Assembly: GCA_002687935.1 (NCBI GenBank)
Contig: NZBN01000006.1
Span: 4,144-68,143 of the forward strand
DNA from: Methanobacteriota archaeon
GTDB lineage: Archaea > Undinarchaeota > Undinarchaeia > Undinarchaeales > Undinarchaeaceae
Direction: 5' to 3'
DNA length: 64,000 nucleotides
Below are positions 39,622 to 46,170 of this stretch, piece by piece (position 1 is the first letter of the stretch; each line of letters opens with the position of its first letter). The position numbers and the translations under genes are program-made. The notes under the pieces were generated by a model that did not search any database, had not been told where the DNA came from, and was given only the letters and a program-made list of their open reading frames with translations.

Positions 39622-40032
39622 TTAGTTTGCCTGTTCTTCTTCGTTTTCAGTCGTTTCTTCTTCAACTTCTTCATCAGCTACAGGCTCTTCAGGAACAACT
39701 TCTTCAGCCGGTGCCTCTTCTTCATCAGCTACAGGCTCTTCAGGAACAACTTCTTCAGCCTCAGAAGATTCTTCAACTGGTTCAGCTTGCGCCGAAACTT
39801 CGCCTGCCATTTCTTTTACCTTGGTGCAGATAAAATCTACAACCTCTGGTGCGAGCGGAACAGCAAAGCTTTTCTTGAAGCGCTTGCTTCCGTCAGGAGC
39901 GTAATATCCGCGCGAAATCGCCACGAACTCATTGCTGCCTTCTTCAGCAACAGCTTCCTTTCTTGCAACTTCTATGAAGTTGTTGTTTCCAAATTGTATT
40001 TCTTCTGTTTTCAGTGTTTTGAATTCTACCAT
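39622..40032 (-). CDS. PC4/YdbC-like putative ssDNA-binding domain fused to an acidic repeat tail
   Basis: The N-terminal 75 aa fit the PC4 pattern (IQFGNNNFIEV...EFVAISRGYYAPDGSKRFKKSFAVPL). The C-terminal half is E/P/V-rich with a duplicated 17-aa unit. Confidence 0.45.
   Translation of the reverse strand: MVEFKTLKTEEIQFGNNNFIEVARKEAVAEEGSNEFVAISRGYYAPDGSKRFKKSFAVPLAPEVVDFICTKVKEMAGEVSAQAEPVEESSEAEEVVPEEPVADEEEAPAEEVVPEEPVADEEVEEETTENEEEQAN
39666..39760. repeat. two exact 44-bp copies (39666-39709, 39717-39760), period 51 bp
   Basis: Read directly. Encodes the EEVVPEEPVADEE duplication in the acidic tail. Confidence 0.9.
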
Positions 40033-40169
40033 TGTATTTTCCTCCGTGTATGGAAACTAATCTTTTAAAATGCTCAAAAAAGACAATTCTAGTTTAATCA
40101 GTTTCCCTTTGCAATCTATGACTGTTTTATCTTGTTCTTAAGCTTTATGTATGACTTGATGAAGGTGAC

Positions 40170-40445
40170 TCAGCGCCTGAATATTTTTTTCAAGGTCTTG
40201 ATATCGTATCCTCTGGAACGTTCATCAATCAGTTGGAAAAGTCCTCCCTGCGCAACCATTAAACCAGCAATTGTAGCTCCTCCGGCTGCCCACATTGCTT
40301 GTCCAAAACCCCCTTCCTCAAAACCCATAAGAAAGGTTGCCATCAATATCCCACTTACACTTATTGTGGAACCAACAACAATCATAAATGAAGACCACCC
40401 AAAAGTCCCCGGCTCCAGAAAGATCACTCTCTCCAATTCTATCAA
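40170..40445 (-). CDS. small 2-3 TM membrane protein, start uncertain
   Basis: 91-aa ORF starting at TTG. An internal ATG gives about 71 aa. Gly/Ala-rich hydrophobic core. Confidence 0.35.
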   Translation of the reverse strand: MIELERVIFLEPGTFGWSSFMIVVGSTISVSGILMATFLMGFEEGGFGQAMWAAGGATIAGLMVAQGGLFQLIDERSRGYDIKTLKKIFRR

Positions 40446-40553
40446 ATGCAGGTCTTAGCTCAGGAAATACTTCATACAATTCAACAAGACCCTTGACTAA
40501 TTTCTCTACACTTTCTTCAAAGCCTTATCTATCTTCTTTGGTCATAGCCTCTC

Positions 40554-42017
40554 CTACAAAGTTCTCAAAAACTCGGAAATAACATGGACTCCTGCCCCAG
40601 TTCCCCCAAGCCCGAAATATGGCTTCGGTTCCGTCGTCCAGGCAGTCCCTGCAATATCAAGATGAACCCACTTACTTTCTCCAACAAAAGCCTCAAGGAA
40701 GGCCGCAGCACTCAGAGAACCTGCTTCACCCTTTCCTGAACCAATATTTTTAACATCTGCAATTTTACTTTTCACCATTTCTCTATAATCCTCATGAATC
40801 GGCATCTGCCAGACCTTATCCCCTGTTCGTTCTCCAGCCTTTTTCATTGTATCCATATGTTTCTGAGAGTTTCCAACCATTCCACTGTAAGTTGAGCCAA
40901 GCGCAACAACAACCGCTCCAGTCAAAGTTGCAATATCTATAATTATTTCTGATTTCATCTCAGCTGCATATCCTAAAGCGTCAGAAAGAACAATACGTCC
41001 TTCAGCATCAGTATTAAGAACTTCAATTGTTTTCTTATTATAAGATTTTATGATATCTCCCGGTAAATAAGCAGAAGCACTCGGTCGGTTCTCAGCACAG
41101 GCCATCAATCCAATAAGATTTCTCTTCAAACCACTCTTGGCAGCAATTCTTATTATCCCAAGAATTGCAGCCGCTCCTGACATATCAAATTTCATTTCAT
41201 CCAGAGCTCTCGACGGCTTTATTGAGATTCCACCCGTATCAAATGTTATTCCCTTTCCCACCAAAATAACAGGTTTCTCTCCCTTCTTTCCTCCATTATA
41301 ATCAAGCTGAATCAGTCGCGGTTCATTGACACTACCTCTACCAACTGCCAAAATTCCATTCATTCCCTTCTTCTCAAGTTCTTTCTTTCCTAAAACAGAA
41401 ACCTTTAATTTCAGTTCTTTTCCCATTCTCTGAGCTTCGCTTGCAAGATATGCAGGCGTAACAACTGCAGGCGGAAAATTCTGAAGCTGCCGAGTATAAT
41501 TTATTGACTCAGCTACAAGAAGACCATAATCAACACTATTCTTATCTCCAGAAAGTATAGAAACCGCTAAGCTCTTCTCAATATCTTCTTTTGTAACATA
41601 ATCATCAAAAACATAGTCTGCAAGAACACAGGCCTCGGCGAGAGCATGCGAAACATCACTCAATTTCTCCTTGCACGAGGGTATGGAGATTGCAAGAGAT
41701 TCTGCTTTCAAAGCCTTCGCAGATTTGACAGCTAGTCCTCCATAATTTCTCACATGGTCAAGTTCAAACTCTTCCTTCTTTCCGACTCCTATCAGAAGGA
41801 GACTCTCAGCTGCAATCTTTCCATAAGTCTGAAACACATAAGTCTCTCCACGCTTACCTGAAAACTTTTTAAGCTTAATTATCTTTGAAATGGTGCTTCC
41901 TAAACTACTGTCAATTTTCTGCAATTCTTTTGGAAGACCTACACCTTCAAAAACAGCAAATGTAAGAACTTCAGCCTTTGCCTTTCCCAGAATTTCTCCT
42001 GCAACTTTGAGCTTCAT
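40554..42017 (-). CDS. pepA: leucyl aminopeptidase (M17)
   Basis: 487 aa. NTDAEGR signature and metal-ligand blocks (VGKGITFDTGG). Confidence 0.9.
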   Translation of the reverse strand: MKLKVAGEILGKAKAEVLTFAVFEGVGLPKELQKIDSSLGSTISKIIKLKKFSGKRGETYVFQTYGKIAAESLLLIGVGKKEEFELDHVRNYGGLAVKSAKALKAESLAISIPSCKEKLSDVSHALAEACVLADYVFDDYVTKEDIEKSLAVSILSGDKNSVDYGLLVAESINYTRQLQNFPPAVVTPAYLASEAQRMGKELKLKVSVLGKKELEKKGMNGILAVGRGSVNEPRLIQLDYNGGKKGEKPVILVGKGITFDTGGISIKPSRALDEMKFDMSGAAAILGIIRIAAKSGLKRNLIGLMACAENRPSASAYLPGDIIKSYNKKTIEVLNTDAEGRIVLSDALGYAAEMKSEIIIDIATLTGAVVVALGSTYSGMVGNSQKHMDTMKKAGERTGDKVWQMPIHEDYREMVKSKIADVKNIGSGKGEAGSLSAAAFLEAFVGESKWVHLDIAGTAWTTEPKPYFGLGGTGAGVHVISEFLRTL

Positions 42018-42040
42018 AAATCCAAATATGGCTCAGCCCT

Positions 42041-42793
42041 TTATATCTTTTTCAACCACTCGCCAAAGTCAATTATTCCATGCTCAAATCCCTCAATTGC
42101 AATCGGTGTTATTGAAATTTTTCTCTCATCATGTAAAGTATAAATATCTGTTCCTGGCTCTTCCGTCGGTTCTATTACCCCCCCAATAACATAAACACTG
42201 TCCTCAACTTCTTTCAAGAGTGGAGTAACATATTCTTCCCCAAGCCTCGTAACTTCAATTCCCTTCGGTTCTCCAATCGGAACATTAACATTAAGCATTT
42301 TAACATCTCCTGGCAGTCCCTTTTCAATAATCCCAGAAACGAGCTTCTTCACAATTTTCTGAGCTTCCTCAAATAAATGATTCCCCTCCATATTATGCGC
42401 TTCCTCCGGTGTCGCTTCAATACTCACTGCAATCGAAGGAACTCCCAAATTCGCCGCTTCAAACGCGGCGCCACAGGTCCCTGAACGCATCAATGCATGT
42501 ATCCCCAAATTCGCACCAATATTTATTCCTGAAACCACAAGATCAACATCTTTCACAAGCTTCGTCATTCCTATAAAAACACAGTCTACTGGCACACCGT
42601 CTACAGAAAAATGATTATCATCTTTCTTATGGACTCTGACAGGACTTCCAAGTGTAAATCCTCTCCCTGTAGCACTCTTCTGGCTCGAAGGCGCAACAAC
42701 AACAACCTCTCCGAGCTCTGACATAGCCTCTTCAAGTGCCTTAATTCCCGGCGCATCTATCCCGTCATCATTTGTAACCAATATTTTCTTCAT
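42041..42793 (-). CDS. surE: 5'/3'-nucleotidase SurE
   Basis: The MKKILVTNDDGIDAPGI N-terminus starts at the ATG at 42793. The ORF track starts at GTG 42823. Confidence 0.9.
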   Translation of the reverse strand: MKKILVTNDDGIDAPGIKALEEAMSELGEVVVVAPSSQKSATGRGFTLGSPVRVHKKDDNHFSVDGVPVDCVFIGMTKLVKDVDLVVSGINIGANLGIHALMRSGTCGAAFEAANLGVPSIAVSIEATPEEAHNMEGNHLFEEAQKIVKKLVSGIIEKGLPGDVKMLNVNVPIGEPKGIEVTRLGEEYVTPLLKEVEDSVYVIGGVIEPTEEPGTDIYTLHDERKISITPIAIEGFEHGIIDFGEWLKKI

Positions 42794-42828
42794 AATCGAC
42801 CTAGTTTCCGCTTCTATTAACACTTTGC

Positions 42829-42901
42829 TCTCACATCTTTGTGAGGATTAAACGACCTTTCCTCAGAAAAGTCGGTCGATTCAGCCTCAGCATAGCGGTT
42901 T
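42829..42901 (+). repeat. direct-repeat copy A (about 73 bp) beginning with palindrome TCTCACA-TCTT-TGTGAGG
   Basis: Collinear blocks shared with 45773-45844: TCTCACA, TGTGAG, TTAA.C, GACCTTT, AGAAAGTC, CAGCATAGCG.TTT. Lies 36 nt upstream of the surE ATG. Confidence 0.7.
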
Positions 42902-43072
42902 GCAGAGAAAATCATCAAAAACCTATAAATCGAAAACCAATAGCCTGCGCCCATCTCTCACCTTTCACCCTTCTCCTCAAATTTCAGCCATTTCCTCAAG
43001 CTTCCTCTCACATTTCCAATTTCCTATATTATTCTCCATATCTCACTACCTAAAAATCCAAAAACATCAATC

Positions 43073-43086
43073 TATGTCTCACATTT
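43073..43086. repeat. left arm of 14-bp inverted repeat TATGTCTCACATTT
   Basis: Exact reverse complement of 45616-45629. Confidence 0.8.
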
Positions 43087-43381
43087 ACACCTTTTACACC
43101 TATATTTCCTCCTCACAGCTCACACAGACAGCAGATCCATTCTCAAAACACTCAAAATCTCCAAACATCAAAATAAAAGCGAAAAAACATCTCTCACATT
43201 CGAGACAATTCCCTTGGAGGGCCCACCTCTAAAAACGCCTCAAAGCTCCTGAAAATCCGGCTCTCTAGAAGTTTCCTTCAAATTCCAATAAAAATCTACA
43301 ATTTTACACGAAATCCCTCAAAATTATCCGTCATATATGTAAACAGGACATAAGCTACCGATTTACTTAAAATATTAATAC

Positions 43382-43405
43382 GTCACCTTACATGTCACCT
43401 TACAT
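43382..43405 (+). repeat. 2 x 12-bp tandem repeat GTCACCTTACAT in the promoter region of the 43449 gene
   Basis: Read directly. Lies 44-67 nt upstream of the ATG at 43449, just before the AT-rich TATA-like tract. Confidence 0.8.
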
Positions 43406-43448
43406 AATATTCCTAATATATTTATACTATAAACCGCTATGCTTAAGC

Positions 43449-44054
43449 ATGGGAATATTCGACTTCATCAAGCCAAAAAAGAAGAAATCCGTAAAGAAAG
43501 CGTCAAGTAAAGGGAAGACCCGTAAACCCACGGGTCAGAAGCGTCTCCAGACAAAGGCGACACAAAACTCCCTACAGACTCACCAGATACCGAAAAAAAG
43601 AGCAAATATAGTCGTAATCGACCCAAAAATAGAAGCAAAAACCGAAATAGAAGACCCACTTATCTCAATTTCTCGGCAACTCACAAAAATCCAGGACGCT
43701 CTCGAAAAAAGCCACACCACTATACAAACCGGCATGCAGAGCCTCAGAGACGATCATCACACAATCATAGAACGGCAGGTTACGCCCGATAATGTGGCAG
43801 AAGCTTTCGAAAACCACAAGCGAGAACTCGAAACTGAGAAAACAAACATAGAAACTGAGCTCGATATACTCGAAATTGATCAGAAAATACTTGATTCTCT
43901 CAAGGAAAAAAAGCTCCGCAGCATAACGGTTTCTGAAGAATTAAACCTCTCCCGGCAGTACACGGCCTCAAGACTCTCTCACTTAATAGATTCAGGCTTT
44001 GTAAAGCGCACGAAGCGCGGCAGAAGTGTATACTACTCGCTAATTACTTCGTAA
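43449..44054 (+). CDS. hypothetical protein: basic N-terminus, coiled coil, C-terminal winged helix
   Basis: 201 aa from the ATG at 43449 (MGIFDFIKPKKKK). The C-terminus LRSITVSEELNLSRQYTASRLSHLIDSGFVKRTKRGRSVYYSL is wHTH-like. The ORF-track start at 43392 lies inside the tandem repeat. Confidence 0.55.
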   Translation: MGIFDFIKPKKKKSVKKASSKGKTRKPTGQKRLQTKATQNSLQTHQIPKKRANIVVIDPKIEAKTEIEDPLISISRQLTKIQDALEKSHTTIQTGMQSLRDDHHTIIERQVTPDNVAEAFENHKRELETEKTNIETELDILEIDQKILDSLKEKKLRSITVSEELNLSRQYTASRLSHLIDSGFVKRTKRGRSVYYSLITS

Positions 44055-44091
44055 AATCTTCTAAAAACAAGGCTAAGCCTCACAAATAGGC

Positions 44092-44205
44092 CTAGACTCC
44101 CATCTTACGCTTTCTGTGGGCTCTCTTCCTTCGTCTAATCTTCTTTTTGACCCACTTCCAGCGCTGCCTACCCTTTTTCTTCCATTTTCTTGGCTTGCTC
44201 TTCAT
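44092..44205 (-). CDS. rpl41e: ribosomal protein eL41-like mini-ORF (37 aa, [37 protein letters not shown])
   Basis: Not in the ORF track (under 60 aa). Extremely basic. The [19 protein letters not shown] pattern matches my recollection of archaeal L41e sequences. Confidence 0.55.
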   Translation of the reverse strand: MKSKPRKWKKKGRQRWKWVKKKIRRRKRAHRKRKMGV

Positions 44206-44331
44206 AGATGCTCTCCTATCCTTATGCTCGCTTATATCTTTTTGTATTTTTCAAATCTTCCATATAATATACCTTCAAAACATACTATTTAATCCACATT
44301 TTTCAAACAGTATCTTCTCAGAACCCTAAAA

Positions 44332-44844
44332 TTATCTCTCACGTTTTCCTTCCTCAACTATGGCGCTTGCTCTCGCTTTTGCGGTTTCAACAATACTCTC
44401 ATACTCTCTCGCAAGATGCCCAAAGAACTTTGAAAACTGAGTACTTGGCCTTATAATATTTTGGTAATGCTTCTGCGTCGATTTGGAGTGATGGAAGCGC
44501 CGCCTCTCGGTTTTCACCATTCCGACTCGCCTCAACCTTGGTAATATCACATTATAAAATGTCGCCTTCGAAAAATTATTATCCCTTAGAAATGCGCCGA
44601 CCTGCTCACCCTCTAACTCAAGCTCTTCAAGAAGAAGCGCCATAAATGCTTTGGAAACTTCATAATATTTCGCTTGATACTGGTCTGGAAAAACAATCTG
44701 CAATATCTGCTCCATCTCAAGCCGGACATTCTGACCGTACTTCCACTGATCTCGGAGCTTTCTAATGTCAGACAGCCAGAGAGCTTCCTTACTTGGTATT
44801 CCCCGCGAAGCAGGCTGCATACCACTATGATGTTTTTCTGCCAT
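44332..44844 (-). CDS. hypothetical protein (possible winged-helix core)
   Basis: 170 aa. The FYNVILPRLRRVGMVKTERRR segment is wHTH-wing-like. No firm family. Confidence 0.45.
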   Translation of the reverse strand: MAEKHHSGMQPASRGIPSKEALWLSDIRKLRDQWKYGQNVRLEMEQILQIVFPDQYQAKYYEVSKAFMALLLEELELEGEQVGAFLRDNNFSKATFYNVILPRLRRVGMVKTERRRFHHSKSTQKHYQNIIRPSTQFSKFFGHLAREYESIVETAKARASAIVEEGKRER

Positions 44845-45044
44845 AGTTCCTCCTAATGCCTTGGACTATTTAACTTTAACCAAATTCGGCTTCTAAAAAA
44901 CCAGCGGTCTATTATAATGGTGTGCTGCTGGAAATCTCAGTGCTGGAGGCTTGCCCAGGCGCTTGAAGTTCCAAAAAAGCGCCTAAAACAGAGTTTTTAA
45001 CAAAAATATAGGGCTCCCAGACCCAATAAAGCGAAAAAATCTAT

Positions 45045-45061
45045 AACACCATAATGGTGTT
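45045..45061. promoter_or_regulatory. perfect 17-bp palindrome AACACCAT-A-ATGGTGTT overlapping the stop of the 45060-45413 gene
   Basis: Read directly. The half-site ATAATGGTGT recurs at 44914-44923. Confidence 0.5.
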
Positions 45062-45413
45062 ATTCTGCTTCTCCTTCAGAACCTTCAACAACACTCTCTA
45101 CTGGAAGCATTCTCTTCGGAATTCTCCTAGTCAGCAGTATCTCAAACTCATCAGCCAGGTCCTTACCGTGATCTGTCAGCTCAACAAACTTAGTCCTTCC
45201 CTCTTTATTAAAGGTGACTAAGCCGAGCTCCTCCATCTTCATAAGAAGTTTTACAGTGTGAGCATAGGTGCAGTCTATCTCTTTTGCGAGCGCAAGAGCA
45301 TAAGGCTTCTCACCCGAGCCAATACTGACAAGAAGCCTTGCCGGCTTCGGCCGCAGAAAAAGATTCTCCAGCGTCGCTTGATGCTGGTTTTCCTCGAGTG
45401 TTTCTGTTCCCAT
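45060..45413 (-). CDS. small winged-helix (ArsR/MarR/TrmB-like) DNA-binding protein
   Basis: 117 aa. The wHTH pattern is PYALALAKEIDCTYAHTVKLLMKMEELGLVTFNKEGRTKFVELTDHG. Confidence 0.6.
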   Translation of the reverse strand: MGTETLEENQHQATLENLFLRPKPARLLVSIGSGEKPYALALAKEIDCTYAHTVKLLMKMEELGLVTFNKEGRTKFVELTDHGKDLADEFEILLTRRIPKRMLPVESVVEGSEGEAE

Positions 45414-45615
45414 GTGAGGATTTAAGTTTCGGTTCCTATTATACTTTATGCATTTTCAGAATATACTTTTCAAACACTATATTAAAGAAATCATAATTAA
45501 AAAATAGATTTTCAAATAAAACCTGAGTCCGAGAAACGAAAGTTTCGGGAAAACCAGTAGCTGTAGAGCAAGTAAAAAACAGCGTGCATATACTTCCTAT
45601 ATACATCGAAAAGCC

Positions 45616-45629
45616 AAATGTGAGACATA
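45616..45629. repeat. right arm of 14-bp inverted repeat (AAATGTGAGACATA)
   Basis: Exact reverse complement of 43073-43086. Confidence 0.8.
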
Positions 45630-45772
45630 AGTCAAGCAGTTTATGTGTTGAGTCGAAGAAGCTGGAGAGCTCTGAAGCCCGGCGCAGCGAGAGTCCAGCA
45701 AAATCAGAAGCACGAAATGCTTTGTGAGAGAAGAATCGAAAAATATAGCTTCCAAAAGCTCTGACAGAGGAA

Positions 45773-45844
45773 TCTCACAAAAATGTGAGACTTAACCCGA
45801 CCTTTTCCAAGAAAGTCAGTTTTTCAAACGCAGCATAGCGATTT
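45773..45844 (+). repeat. direct-repeat copy B (about 72 bp) beginning with perfect palindrome TCTCACA-AAAA-TGTGAGA
   Basis: See copy A. About three quarters of positions are identical by eye, with 1-3-nt indels. Confidence 0.7.
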
Positions 45845-45861
45845 AAAATATCATAAAAACT

Positions 45862-46119
45862 CTACTCAGCTTCATAAAGATGCCTCCAAGCCGGCATCTT
45901 CCTCAAATGTTGATTGACCACTTCTTGAGCTTCCGTAGTTCCTATATCATCCCTACTGACAGCAAAATCTACCATCCCCTTCTTTATTTCCTCAAAACTA
46001 TTCAAATTTCCGTCTCCATCTGTACAAAAATCACAGTATGGATTGCCCGCAAAGCCGCCACCGTGGTTCTTTTCGCTATGCATCGGCCTGTTACAAGATT
46101 CACAGGGATTTCCTTCCAT
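45862..46119 (-). CDS. putative zinc-ribbon protein
   Basis: 85 aa. The CESCNRPM...NPYCDFCTDGDG pattern resembles the putative zinc-ribbon family seen in anaerobes. Confidence 0.55.
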   Translation of the reverse strand: MEGNPCESCNRPMHSEKNHGGGFAGNPYCDFCTDGDGNLNSFEEIKKGMVDFAVSRDDIGTTEAQEVVNQHLRKMPAWRHLYEAE

Positions 46120-46170
46120 GAAACATCATAAACCATTAACATTTATATCACTTCCTCCCTATCATCTTCT

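Noticed and set aside
40150-40185. C/D-box-like TGATGA ... CTGA pair
   Set aside because: Only one box pair is present, with 14-nt spacing. It lies over the 3' end of the 40170-40445 ORF. There is no terminal stem or second box set.
42841-43232. ORF-track frames 42841-43053 and 42900-43232 in the long gap
   Set aside because: The translations are Ser/Pro/Leu/His/Phe low complexity, arising from a nearly G-free strand. There are no start-context or family signals. I treat the region as non-coding.
42829-45844. Possibility that the TCTCACA repeats form a CRISPR array, or that the segment is an IS/MITE
   Set aside because: The repeats are short (7-14 bp), irregularly spaced (70-120 bp and then kilobases) and occur in both orientations. 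There is no regular repeat-spacer periodicity and there are no cas genes. No transposase or integrase is present, and the 14-bp inverted repeats are not at the ends of the direct repeats, so it does not fit a classical IS or MITE.
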